This document shows positions 50,719 through 62,985 of a DNA stretch of 64,000 nt, one piece after another. The translations under genes and the position numbers were made by a program. Below the pieces are notes generated by a model, which was given only the letters and a program-made list of their open reading frames with translations, made no database searches and had not been told where the DNA came from. How positions within the stretch are numbered: position 1 is the first letter of the stretch; each line of letters begins with the position of its first letter. The DNA comes from Vicugna vicugna (Eukaryota), in contig MU061578.1 of assembly GCA_013265495.1 (NCBI GenBank), positions 1,931,308 through 1,995,307 of the forward strand. Reading direction: 5' to 3'.

Positions 50719-51170
50719 TGTGGCAAACAGATCCAAGGTGTCTCCTGGTGCTCACACCTTTTTATGATGCCCTCCCCTTGAGTGTGCAAAAGACCTGTAT
50801 CTTGCTTCTAAGCAATAAGATGCAGCAAGGGTGATGGGATTGCGCACCCATAATTCTGTTATGCTATGACTCCACCTTGCAGGGAGACTTGACCGAGTCC
50901 TTCTCTCTCCTTTTGCTGGAACTAAAGAAACAAAATGTCATGAATCCCACAGCAGCGAAGAGCTGAATGTTGTCACAGGAATACACGAGCAGGGAGGTGG
51001 CTCCTTCCCCAGTTGAGCGGCCAGATGAGAACCCAGCCCTGGTTGACACCTTGACTTCAGCCTTCTGAAACCCTAAACAGAGGACCTGGCTCAGCCATGA
51101 ACAGTCTTCTGAGCCACAAAACCATGAGAAGGAGGAAAAATAAATGTGTATTTATTAAAACAGCAATAGT
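50719..51170 (+). mobile_element. MLT1 (E/F-like) MaLR solo LTR
   Basis: TGTGGCAAACAGA...CCCTCCCCTTGAGTGTG...CCAGATGAGAACCCAGCCCTGGTTGACACCTTGACTTCAGCCTT...ACAGCAATAG. Confidence 0.85.
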
Positions 51171-51173
51171 ACT

Positions 51174-51595
51174 AGGACCAGCTACATAGCTTGCAGAAGC
51201 CAATGCAAAATGAAAATGTGGGGTCTGTTGTCAAAAAATTACGTAACATATCAAGATGGCCACACCAGTCAGAATGGCCATCATTAAAAAGTCCACAAAT
51301 AATAAATGCTGGAGAGGGTGTAGAGAAAAGGGAACCCTCCTACACTGTTGGTGGGAATGTAATTTGGTGCAGCAACTATGGAAAACAGTATGGAGATTCC
51401 TTAAAAAACTAAACAGAGTCATCATATGATCCAGCAATACCATTCCCAGGCATATATCCAGAGGAAACTCTAATTCAAAAAGATACATGCACCCCAATGT
51501 GCACAGCAGCATTATTTACAATAGCCAAGACAGGGATGCAACCTAAATGTTCATCAACACATGACTGGATAAAGAAGATATGGTATATATATTTT

Positions 51596-51645
<50 letters not shown>

Positions 51646-52258
51646 GGAATACTACTCAGCCATAAAAAGGAATGAAATAATGCTATTTGCAGAAACATGG
51701 ATGATTATCATACTAAGTGAAGTAAGTCAGACAGAGAAAGACAAACACCAAATGATATCACTTATATGTGGAATCTAAAAAAATGAGGCAAATGAATTTA
51801 TTTATAAAATAGAAACAGACTCATAAACATGAGAACAAACTTGTGATTACCAGGGAGAAGAGGGGGTGGAGGGATAAATTGGGAGTCCGGAATTTGCAGA
51901 TACTAACTACTATATATAAAATAGATAAACAAGAAGGTCCTATTGTATAGCACAGGGAACTATATTCAGTACCTCATAAAAATCTACAATGGAAAAGAAT
52001 ATGAAAAGGTATATATATACACACACACACACACACACATATATATATGAATATATATCTGAATCACTCTGCTGTACACCAGAAATTAAGACAACATTGT
52101 AAACCGACTATACTTAAATAAAAAATTAAAATTAAAATTAAAAATATTTCTTTAAATAAAATATCAAGATGGCAACCAAAGAATATTAAACCAAAGTCAG
52201 GGCTCCCCTGGTCACAGAGCCTTAACCATCCAGGACATACACCCATGATTTGGTTCTG
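51174..52258 (-). mobile_element. MER45A-like element split by an L1 insertion
   Basis: Left part 51174-51260 (AGGACCAGCTACATAGCTTGCAG...TCAAGATGGC) continues at 52161-52258 (TCAAGATGGCAACC...ATTAAACCAAAG...ACACCCATGATTTGGTTCTG). Confidence 0.75.
51261..52160 (+). mobile_element. 5'-truncated L1 (ORF2 C-terminus and 3'UTR) with perfect TSD
   Basis: ORF2-like [18 protein letters not shown] and [26 protein letters not shown] at 51248-51260 and 52161-52173. Two internal (CA)n runs. Confidence 0.95.
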
Positions 52259-52349
52259 AATAACATGTATTTAATTTAACGTCAATATTACCAATAGAAC
52301 TAGAATTCAAATGTGGGTCTGTTAGACTTCAAGGATCTTGAAAATACAG

Positions 52350-52580
52350 CACAGGGTTGAAAAGACGATGTGAGGCCACCAGCCAGACCGCCCAGGACTG
52401 AGCCTTTACCCTAGCACTGATAAGCTGGATGTCCCTGGGAAAAGTGCTCACCATAACTGAGCCTCTGCTCACTGTGTATAAAATGGAGACAGCAGCCTGC
52501 AGCTCCAAGTGCTGTCAGGACCCAGCAATAGATGTTAAGCACTTGGAACAGTGTCTGGCACGTAGTAGGAATTCAATAAA
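52350..52580 (+). mobile_element. MIR SINE
   Basis: CTGAGCCTCTGCTCACTGTGTATAAAATGGAGA...AGCACTTGGAACAGTGTCTGGCACGTAGTAGGAATTCAATAAA. Confidence 0.75.
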
Positions 52581-53508
52581 GTGCAGACATCTTTATGAAG
52601 TGAACCCCACTCTATATTCCCTAATTATTTGCCACCGACGGAAATTTGTATGCATCTGTGGGAGCTCCGGCAGATTTAGGGAATAATCACCTATTGATGT
52701 GATTCATGAAAGTACCTGGGTAGAGGAAATATGATAGATTAGATTCTTTGAAATGTCTCGGATCAGAAGCAAAACAAAAAAGCAAGTTGGGAGTCTCCAA
52801 CGGTGAAGGGGTGCTAATTAACAACTCAATTAAAAAAGGCAAATTAAACTTTATGGTTCGTTATCCTCCACTGCTTGGTAAATTGTTTTGCGAGGCGAAT
52901 GATTAAAAATGATCATTTCAGAAAACTGAAATAGCTTCCAAGGAACACAACTATTTTTCAATATTATACAAAAGGTTTCACCGCACGATAAACTTACTTG
53001 ATTAAAAGGAACAGCACTTCTCTGTGTGTGGAAAGCCAGAGGTACAGATGCCGCCTTGTGATGCGTTGGGAATTTTTGGAGGCTGCGTCAGAATTTTGAA
53101 GAGAAATGCTTCCTTATGAATAAAACACACCATCAGCTCCTTTTGTGCACTCTGTCTTCGTGGGCCCTGTAAAGGTGTTTCTAGATACTTGCGATGTATA
53201 ATTTACATCCAATTAGTTTAGACCTGAGCTCTGCAGAAATGCACACAACTCAGGCATTCCTAAAAAAATGGGTAGTTTCTAGGGAAACTAGAAGGGGGCC
53301 AGGAAATAGACATCATAACAAATTGAAGCATCAGCCCTCACCCTTGCAATTCTCCATGCTTTTTTTTTCCTCTGTAATTACATCAGTGGTTCTCAACACC
53401 TTTTTTCCTACCCCAGAACACCTGAGACACATGACACAGTCCCACCTGTAACTGGAATCCTCTTACGTGTTGGAGAAAGTTGTGTTTCAGAAGCACGGCC
53501 AGGTTTGG

Positions 53509-53522
53509 ACACTAGGGGGCGC
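53509..53522 (+). promoter_or_regulatory. CTCF core motif
   Basis: ACACTAGGGGGCGC(TG), one mismatch to CCACTAGGGGGCGC; CpG retained. Confidence 0.55.
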
Positions 53523-54036
53523 TGGCACAGAGGAGGGGGCGGCGTTACCAGAAGACACACCTTTGTTTGCTGGGGAAGCAAGTACATATAGCCTCCATAT
53601 CTCTGTCTCAAAGCCTTGCTTCCACATGACTTCTTCTAATAGATCTGTCATTATCTTAACAACCATCCGGTCAACACAGCACCTAAGGCAACTGTGAAAA
53701 AGGTCCCCCCCAAAATGCCATTGTTGGTGGTTCCTCTGCTACCCTCTGCCACTCTTCTTAGCTTTTCCTTGTTTAAATCTACCCCCTCTTCGTCTTTTAC
53801 GATTAATCACCATTTGATTGGCTAGTAAGTCTCCATGTTTCCTTCGCATAGCCTGATGGGTCCAGGCGGGTTTCTTTTACCTATCTTTCACTCCGAACAC
53901 ACAGATCAATGCTTTCATCCAAATACCCAGCAAATTTCATATTCATCCCTGAGCCTGTTGATTCAGTTACCCTCCCCACTTGCCTCAAAATGATGATAGT
54001 ATTGGGGGTGACACTAGCAATCTTTTATATACTCCT

Positions 54037-54184
54037 GGGGTGGGGGTACAGCCCAGTGGCAGAGCTCATGCCTAGCATGCACGAGGTCCTAGGTTCAATC
54101 CACGGTACTTCCATCAAAAAATAAATTACTAAGTCCCATTACCTCTCCCAACAAAATTTTACAGATAAAATAAATATAAATAAA
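54037..54184 (+). mobile_element. tRNA-Ala-derived SINE (camelid Vic-1-like)
   Basis: GGGGGTACAGCCCAGTGGCAGAGCTCATGCCTAGCATGCACGAGGTCCTAGGTTCAATCC, tail with ATTACCTCTCCC and A-rich end. Degenerate TSD TTTTATATACTC / TTTTATGTATTC. Confidence 0.88.
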
Positions 54185-54719
54185 ATTTTATGTATTCTCA
54201 CTACTCTTGCCCATTAAAGCAAGCAAAATGCAACAAACAACAACACTGCAGTGAGCTCTGTGCCCCCTGTCCTTGCTTTGTCCTGCGGGAGCAGAGACTA
54301 GAGAAACTTGATGTAGAGCTGATGCTTTCCAACAGAGAACCAGGTATTTGGACCCAGAGCACCCTTTGTGCAGATGGAAACCTCCTGTCAGTCAGTGCAC
54401 TGGAGTGTTGTGTGGATGAGCCATCTCTGACCCCTCAGCCCATCAGAACTCAGGGATCGTGGCCTGTCTAGGGTAGAGTGCTGGGGGCCGAACCCCTCCA
54501 CACACTTGAAAGAGACTCTGAGTTCAAGCACAGGATGACCAAGCAGGCCACCAGGAGGGGCAACAATTCCCAGGCAGCCCTCTCCACTCCATCTCTGCCT
54601 GCCCCACACTAGCAGGGCACGGCCAATGTCACATCTTCGGTCTCTACCACTTCCCACGGGACCAGGCAGCACTCGCAGGTCTCCCCAGCTGGTAGTGAGT
54701 TATGACAATATCCCCGAAT

Positions 54720-55520
54720 GAGACATTCAATTATGCAAGACTGTTGAGTGAATGTACGCCAGATACTGGGACAGGCTCGTGGGATGCAGTGCTGAGCTAA
54801 ACCAGATAGACCCCACGCGCCTGGGGCTCGCAGACCCAAATCACATAACCACATAAGTAAATGTGAAACTGCAGTTATAAATGCTGCAGGCTAGAGGTAT
54901 TGGATACTGTAAGAAATAATAAATTAGAAAAAAAGAATGACCTCTAATTTGAGCTGGGGTCTAAAAAGATAAGTTGGATCTAGACCAGGTAAGCAAAGAT
55001 GTGCGTGTGTGTGTATCGTCAGCCTATGTATGAGTGTGCATGTGTGTGTGACTGCCTACGTGTGTGAGTGCACATGTGTCAGCGTGTATATAAGCACCTA
55101 TGTGCATGTGAATCTCGGAATGGAGCACATGAGGCAGGAAACACAGGATGAAGGCCCACTTTATGGCAGAATCAACCAGGGTGTGTTTGAGCAAATGAGA
55201 GAAAGAAATCTGTCAGGACTGCAAAGGGTGTGAGCAAGGTGAAGGTGCAGAGACGTGGTCTTGCAGATGGTGGGAAGCACTCTGGCCTTTATTCAAAGAG
55301 CAAGGAGAAGCCACGAAAGTGTCTGAAGTTGGGAGTGAAATGACATTTGGGTGTAAAAGAGATCTCTCCAACTTTGATCAGGGAATCGATGGCAAGGGTC
55401 AGAGCAGAGGCAGCAGGGCTTGGGGAGTTCTCTTGGGAGTCAACGCAGCATTGATCGACACTAGCTTATATCGGGGTAGTGGCACCGGAGGAGGTGACAT
55501 CCAGTAAGGCAGGAATACGA
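54720..55520 (-). mobile_element. L2 LINE fragments with internal (TG)-rich tract
   Basis: CATTCAATTATGCAAGACTGTTGAGTGAATGTACGCCAGATACTGGG (reverse L2 end) and CTTTATTCAAAGAGCAAGGAGAAGCCA. Confidence 0.65.
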
Positions 55521-57257
55521 GTGGCAGAATTATGACTTATTTATTCAGCCAGAAACGCACGGAAGACACTAAAGACACATAAAGCTGAATAAGACCGTCT
55601 CTGCCTCTGAAACTCCCATTTCAAGACAGACCAACATGGAAGCCAATCACAGCCACCCCAGCATGGGCAGCAGAAGATGGCCCAACCCACCCTGCCCAGC
55701 TGGTGAGCAATCGGGAACCCTGTTGGCACAGGAGATGAGCCATGTGACAGTGGATATGACAGCCTGTCTAGCCAGAGGGCAGAGCCCCATGAAAAATGGG
55801 CCCCAGGACCACAGACGTTCTCTCTTCTAGTCCCATAGCTCCAGAGATGTTTGTAAAGGATTTGGAAGCTAATTAACTTGCTTCCTCTGAAGCACCTGCT
55901 TAAAAAAAAAAACACGCAACTAAACACATGACAGAGGCCTCTGGGGAAGCAGTGTCTCCCACTGTCTTATTCAGTTTTATTTATGCATCGATATGCTTAC
56001 TGCATATTCATCTCCATGTAGGTGCTTTGAAACAACTGTAATGCACATGGCCGAAGAGCCGGAAGTACCAGTCACGCGGTGCGCGGCTTCCATTAGCTAA
56101 CCGTCCATCCTCATGTGAAATGGCGCACTGATACCATGTACATGTGTAGGGTTCTCATCGGTCTGTTCTCTCCAAAGAGGGTCTGGACCCACACCAATGA
56201 GCACCACATTCGTCAGAGGAGACAAGGCTGTCCTGTAGTAGCAAATAACCCCCAAAACTTAGTGGATTAACACAGCAAATGCTAATGTCCTGATCAGACA
56301 AAACAAGCCCTTTACTCCAAGATGCATCATCTCATTCCTGCGGTAACTTTATCTCAACACATGCTTCTATGGGGAAAGAAAGAATGGAGAAGTCACAACA
56401 TGTCATTGAACAAAGCCAGTCACACAACCGCACCTGACCAGGAGGATGCTGAAAACACGGGGCACAAATGGAATGTCTGTTCAGCATTAATGTTTGTGTC
56501 AAAAGTACCCCCCCGAATCATTAAATCTCCGTCACAACGTCCCCCCCAGTCCTCCTCCCCCAACCAGGGAACAGTTTCCAGGGTAATAAGATATTTTTCT
56601 TCTCCCTCCATTGGTGCTTAAAAACCAGTAAAGACTATCTAGCTCCTTTGTGAGCTAACGCATGTTAAGCTTCTCTGTGGCAAAATAAAATAATGAGAAT
56701 AAACAATATATGCTCTGGAAAACTAATTAAAGAGCAAGCTCAAATCATCACGAAGCCAGATCAGTTTTAAGTAAAGCTTCTTAAGTGTCATTATCCGCGA
56801 GACGTGCATGGAAAGTGTTTTGTGAATCCCCCCCTCCACCCCATCCTTTAACCTCTCAAACAGCCTCCTACAGAGAGCCGAAGAGTGGCAGGAGACGGTG
56901 GTGATGATGCCAGACCGTGTGAGGCTCTCCAAATTTATGAAGGGTGATTACATAACTATGATGAGAATGAACTTTTCTCACTTTCCACAGAAAGCTAATG
57001 GGAAAGAAATGAGCTTTTATAACTCCAGCACGAACAAATTAGATTAGTCAGTAAAATAACTTAATGACCTAAGACAGGAGCTATGTATCGATCGATATGG
57101 TGCATGGCAAAAGGATCTGTTCGGTACTGCCTGCCCGCCCGGTTCTGCCTGCTCTGGGTGCCATCTGGGGAGTGGGGCAGAACTGTAGGTTTCTGCCCTC
57201 AGATGCTTGGTATCAGAACGTCTGAGGGTGGGTCTCCCTGAAACAATTATTCTAGAG

Positions 57258-57480
57258 CAGCAGGTAGCAAGCTGTTTCTGGGAAGGGCCAGATAATAAAC
57301 AGTTTAGGCTTTGCTGGTCATTACAGTTTCTGTCTCAACTCCTTGACTCTTATTCCAGTGCACAAGCAGCCATAGACAAGATGTCAATAAATCGGTATGG
57401 CTATGCATCAATAATGTGTGACTTACAAAAACGGGTGGTGGGCCAGACTGGGTCCCTGGGCCATAGTCGGCTAACCCCTG
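57258..57480. mobile_element. MER58A (hAT-Charlie) with 8-bp TSD
   Basis: GGGCCAGATAATAAACAGTTTAGGCTTTGC...GCAGCCATAGACAA...GGGCCATAGTCGGCTAACCCCTG. Flanks TTCTAGAG / CTTTAGAG. Confidence 0.9.
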
Positions 57481-57514
57481 CTTTAGAGTATTTCTTTAAG
57501 AATTTTTTTTTTTT

Positions 57515-59685
57515 AGATAGAATGTACATACAGTGAAACGCACAGGTCTTAGTCTCACAATGGTTTTGAGTTTTGATAAATGTACACGTCCATTTAACCA
57601 ACATTCTACTCAAGTGGAGATCATTCCAGCGCCCCCTTGTGGTGGCCAACCCTCTATACACAATGACTGTTGTGAATTCTCTCACCGTTAATTTGTTTTC
57701 TCAGCTGAATGTCATCTATATGAAAACATATGATACGCATGCTTCTGTGTTTGGCCCCTTAAGCTCTCTCTAATGCATCTGAGATTCACCCACATCAACA
57801 CATGCATTACTAGTCCGACTTCTTCATACTGCTGAGTAGCATGAAATCGTACAAGCACAACTTACTTTTCCATTCGTCCACTTGACGGACATTTGAACTG
57901 TTTTGCTTTGTTTTAACTATTAGGAAGAAAGCTGGAATAAGCCTTATGACTGTCCACTTGCGTGTGGAGGGGGCTGTATGGTTTTATTACCCTTTGGTAA
58001 TTACTGAAGAGTGGAGCTGCTGGGAAAGAGATGTTTCACTATAAATTAAACAACCAAATAGCTTTCCAAAGCACTTGTGCCACTCTGGACTCCCACCAGC
58101 AACATGTGATAGTTTCCATTCCTTAACGTCCTCACTGGCATTTGGTGTTTTTCTTCTTTTTTTAGTTATTCCAGTGGGTGTCAAGTGGTATCTCGTTGTG
58201 ATTTTTTCATTTGCATGTCCCTGATGACTACAACCTCCAGCAAGCACTTTTTAATATGCTCCGTGGACCTTCTTAAAGCCTCTGATATGAACTGTTCTTA
58301 CAAGTCACTCTCCCACTTTTATTGCGTTGTTTGTCTTTATATATTCAGGATGTCCGTCCTCTGGCAGATAGCAGGATTGTGAATATAACCTCTCAGCCCC
58401 TAGTTTGCCCTTTCATTTGCTTTATACCTTTGATAGAAGTTTTTTCATTTTAATGAAGCCCAATTTATCTTTTCCTTAATCATTAATGTTTTTTGTGTAC
58501 ACCAAGATTGCAAAAATATTCTCTTACGGTTTCTTCTAGAAACTTTACCATTATCATAGTTTAAACACTTAGATCTATGAGCTATTTCAAATTAATTTTT
58601 GTGAGGTGTAGGGCAAGGTTCACTTTCTTCCAGAGTAATATAAATTTCCTTCTTAGATCTACTTTTGCTACATCCTCCAAATTTTAATATCCTGTATTTT
58701 CAGGACCAATCTTTTAAAAATATTTCATAATCTTCCTTGTGAGTCACCCATCTTTAAAGCATTGGTTATTCAGAAATTTCTCATTTGATTTCCAAATAAT
58801 TGAAGATAATTATAACATCCATGCCACATCAGACTGTTTCTACTGACTGTATTTTATAGCGTGCTTTTGAGTCACATTTTCCAGGTTATACATCTGTTGA
58901 GGACATTTGATTGTACGTTCAACAATTGGGATCACGTCTTATAGGAGTCTAGATTATGCCTTCTTTTAAAGACTGCTGAGTTTTATTCACCAGGCGGTTA
59001 AGTTACTCGAAGATTGTTTTGATCCTGTCCAACTTGGTTTTATTCTTTGTCCAGCGGGTATATTTCCACCTTGAACTTAGCCATAGGATGTGGCCTTATT
59101 CTGGTGGATTAAGAACTTACTCATAAGGCATGGCCAGTCTGGGGTCACGGCTGATTGTGTGCTCAGCAACAACCCCTAAACCCTGATGAGTTGGTTCCCA
59201 GCCCAGCACAAAGTCTGGCATTACTATATCATTTCCAGCCTGGCATCAAGCTAAGTCTGGTGAACTCTCACGCTGGGTGTACAGCCCAGTCCTCTGCTGA
59301 GGAAGGACCTGCAGTAAATCCCCAAGAAGATTTACGAGTACTCCACTGCACGTATTCCTCCCTTCTGGTACCCTGTCCCCCAGATTCCACTTGCGAAGCC
59401 AAGAATTCTAATCTCTGCGTCTTAGTTCAAAGACACGCTCACTGCGCTTAGCGCCTCCTGCCTGCACTGCAGCAGGAAAGAAACGGCTCCCGGACAGAGA
59501 GCCATGGCTTTATGAGGCTCAGGACATGTGTTTCCCTTCTCTCAAGGACCACAGAACCACACTGCCTTTTGACAGATGCCTGAAAAGAACAGCCTCATAT
59601 ATTTCATTCCCATCTACAGTTGTTTTCAACAAAAGGACAAGCCGGGCGTCCGTCACAGCACCAGGACTGGATGTCAAAGTCTTTT
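57515..59685 (-). mobile_element. Old L1 (L1MC/MD/ME-type) fragments
   Basis: Reverse L1 3' end (ATACAGTGAAACGCACAGGTCTT...GAGTTTTGATAAATGTACAC), ORF2-like GTGGTATCTCGTTGTGATTTTTTCATTTGCATGTCCCTGATGACTA, then L1M 5'-end-like sequence up to ~59685. Confidence 0.75.
57629..57642 (-). promoter_or_regulatory. CTCF core motif (reverse orientation)
   Basis: GCGCCCCCTTGTGG = CCACAAGGGGGCGC on the minus strand, exact consensus match. Confidence 0.55.
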
Positions 59686-59690
59686 TAGAG

Positions 59691-60006
59691 TGGGATGATC
59701 CAACAGAAACAGAATGCAAGCCACATATCATATCAAATTTTCTAATAGCCACGTTAAAAATAAAGAGTGAAAATGAATAAGTGGAATCCTATTAATAATG
59801 TATTGCATTTAACTGAATATATCCAGAGATGATCATTCTATTGAGTAATCAGTATAAAAATTATTGAGATTTTTATATTATTTTCCCACACTTAGTCTTC
59901 AATAGCCCGTATTTTACACGTACAGAACAAATCAGTTCGATGCAGCCACAACTTCAAGTGTTCAGCAGCCACATGTGGCTAGTGGCTACTGTATTGAGCA
60001 GCCAGC
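59691..60006. mobile_element. MER33 (hAT-Charlie)
   Basis: TCCAACAGAAACAGAATGCAAGCCACATAT...AAATTTTCTAATAGCCACGTTAAAAA...AGCCACATGTGGCTAGTGGCTACTGTATTG; ~320 bp. Confidence 0.85.
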
Positions 60007-60819
60007 TCTAGGGGTCCTTAAGCACAATAAATTGAAGAAACAGCAGACTTTAGGGGGTTTTCAAATAGATTTCTAGCACCCCCAAGTACAGTAGTCAATG
60101 CATGCTTCCCTTAGCCAATTCTCTAAAGTGCAAAAGAGCTTGGGCCGAAACCTTCCTCTGTTTCACGAAAAATATGGGGGAAGATTTTTTTTTTTTAACC
60201 TCTTATGAATGCAAACCAAAGCAGCTATTACAAAAGTAGCAAGTTAACGTCACTCGACGGAGAATGCGTTATTAACGTCCCAACTCTCCCTGAGTGTTAA
60301 ACGTTTATTTAATGGTGTGACCTTTCTCAGGTCCTGATTTCCAAATCTACGATGTGAACAAAGCCATAAACTGTGCTGGCTAGGAGGCAGAGTGGTTTAA
60401 AATTGACCAGGGAACAGAATTATTTGAAAAGGTCCCACATGAATCTTCTTTAGAGGCTAACCTGAGATTCGTTTCCGCAAGGTCAACCTCATTCTCACTT
60501 CTGAAATTCAAAGCTATGTGTTTCGGGGGCCCACACACCCATCACTTCGCTTATTTTGAGCCCCTCCACTACCTACCTCAGAGTTTGGCAAATGACGCCC
60601 AAAGATTTAATCTGAAAGGCCCAGATCAACAGACAGTCGTGTGTTTTAGTTAAGCGGCCCCTGGAGCAGGTACCGGAATTAGGTGGAGCAAGAGAAAAGC
60701 AACGCAGAAGGAGGACGTCTTTAAGAGAGAAACAGAGAAAATAACCTTGGATACAGAATATGTTTGTTCTGCCCTTGTGAGTCAAACCGTCGAATCCCAC
60801 CCAGGCTGCTTCCCTCAGT

Positions 60820-61210
60820 ACTCGGTCCCTCCAGCCACACTGACTTCCTTTCAGTTTCTCAGACACGCCAACCTTATTCCCATCTCAGGGTCTTTGTACG
60901 TGCTGTTCTCTCTGCCTGGAATGCTCTTCCCACAGCTGTTAGCAAGGCCTGCTCCTCCATCCTCTCCAAGATTTAGCAGCGACATCATCTTTTTAGAGAG
61001 CCTTCCCCATGGCCCCTTGATTACTTACGCTTTCCCAGCTCATAATCACCTTGATTTCTTTCCTAGTATCTATCACCATGGGCCGCTGGTGTCTGAGGGG
61101 TTTACATCTTTGTGGTCTGTCTCCCCGCAAGAATATAAGTTCCCCGAGGCTGAGGGCACTCCCTCCAGTCTCGCCTCTGCTTCCCAGGCCCCAGCCCAGT
61201 ACTTGGTCTG
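60820..61210 (+). mobile_element. L2 LINE 3' fragment
   Basis: CCAGCCACACTGACTTCCTTTCAGTTTCTC...CTCAGGGTCTTTGTACGTGCTGTTCTCTCTGCCTGGAATGCTCTTCCC. Confidence 0.85.
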
Positions 61211-61279
61211 TATTAGACTCTTGACACACACACACACACTTGTTGGCTATTATGTGACTGTTATACCCTTGAGCTGTGG

Positions 61280-61435
61280 ATTTTTTTCTTTTTTAATTGT
61301 TTGTTTGTTTGTTTGGGGGGTAATCAGGTTTGTTTGCTGTTTGTTTGTTGGTTTAATGGCAGGTACTGGAGGGCGGACCCAGGACCTCATGCATGATGAG
61401 CACATGCTCTACCACTGAGCTTACCCTTCACCCTC
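61280..61435 (-). mobile_element. tRNA-Ala-derived SINE (camelid Vic-1-like)
   Basis: Reverse head GGTACTGGAGGGCGGACCCAGGACCTCATGCATGATGAGCACATGCTCTACCACTGAGCT, tail GGGGGGTAATCAGGTTT. TSD TGAGCTGTGG (61270-61279) / TGAGCTTTGG (61436-61445). Confidence 0.88.
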
Positions 61436-61599
61436 TGAGCTTTGGGTACTCAGATGGGGAAGGAAAGAACCCTGCTCTACTCAAAGCTAATGGGACAGCC
61501 AGATCCCTGAACGTCCCTGTTAAGAAGTGATGGCAGGTGCATCAGTGGCATCCGTTCCTGGGAGGGCACACGGGAACCTGGACCGCACGCCTGAAGTCC

Positions 61600-61790
61600 T
61601 GTGGAGGACTGAACTTTAGTCCATCACTCGCTAGCTCTGTGACCTTGGGCACATTATTAACGACGCATGTCTGTCTTCTCCTCCAGAAACGGAACCAATG
61701 AAAATTTCTACTTGAAGGAGTTGTCAAGAGCCAATAAAATAACAGATCAAGCCCTGGGCCTGGTTCATTCACTGTGTGGCCACTATTAGC
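61600..61790 (+). mobile_element. MIR SINE
   Basis: CACTCGCTAGCTCTGTGACCTTGGGCACATTATTAAC. Confidence 0.7.
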
Positions 61791-62985
61791 CGTGATGGTT
61801 GTTGAAAGATGAATTGCCTGGCCCCGGCAGGAAGGTGAAGGCGGGTAAATCCAGTGGCCTACAGACCCGAGGTCACCTCTGCTCAGTTGGCTGGCCCTCA
61901 TTTATTGTGAGTCTTCCTCATTTATTGGTGAACTTCCCTTTTTTTTTTTTCTTTAACTCTCCATTACAGTTCGAATGGGGTACTTAAGCCTCTGGATCTG
62001 ACTTCCTGGCTGCAGGAGAAATAGAAACTGCCATATTGGAAATCTGACTGTTCAGTGACTCGCAGGAGTCTCCTCTCATTTGTCACAGGCAAGAAAAAAA
62101 CGAATGAGTTCAAGTTGTTTAGAAGACAGTCAAACCAAGCTCCTTGAGAAGCAATTATTTTGGAGGAATTTCCCCTATTCTTGAGAGGTTTACCATTTTC
62201 ATACTGAAGGGCCTTTAACTGGAAATCACTTTTTTAAACAGCAGTCTCATAAAGCTCTCTCCCCAGCAGTAACAGTGGGAAGATTTGCCCATCTCACAAT
62301 ATAACAGGGAAGAAAATCACCTGCTAACCCTTCACCGCCGACCAGCGAGGACACCCTACAGAGAACGGGCTGAGGACGGTAATTATGTTACTGTATTTCC
62401 TGCGAATTCTGATCAAGCCGAAGCATGAGTCCAGCTTAGGTGCAGATTTCTGCTGACCGTGACCAGCTCTGCCGCCTTTCCACCTTGGATTCAGAACCTG
62501 GGCCAAAACCGCTTTGGGTGCACAACTTCTCCACAAATGTAATACTTGGCCAATGAGACCAACACGCCAGGCACACACCACTCCCATGTTTAGCCACTCA
62601 GAGGTTCTCATCGGTGTGAAATATCCAGGGACAAATACACACCATGCCGATTCTTGGAAGGTCTATCCACATGCCCAGAGCAGACCAACGGCATGCTCTC
62701 TCCTAGGTCTGGCAAATCCAAGTGCTCGCAATGATCATTTGATGGCTTTTCCATCTCAATGGGGGAGACAAGGGGCCCCCCTGATAAGACCCATCTCGCC
62801 TTCTCCTTCTCCCTCCTCTGTCTAGTCAAATATATTTGTACTTTCAGAAAAGAAAAAAATACTGTAATAGTTGTAGGGAGTGTGAGGGATTTGGGGGCCA
62901 ACGAAGAAAAAGATCTGAGTAAGAGAGGCAGTAAGACACAGTGAGTTCTGCTGGGTGGCCCCTGGACGGGGCTGAACGAGGGGGA

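Noticed and set aside
54547..54563. Additional CTCF site (GCCACCAGGAGGGGCAA)
   Set aside because: Spacing within the core does not fit the consensus.
60747..61418. 223-aa ORF (longest in the window)
   Set aside because: Read-through of an L2 fragment and an antisense SINE.
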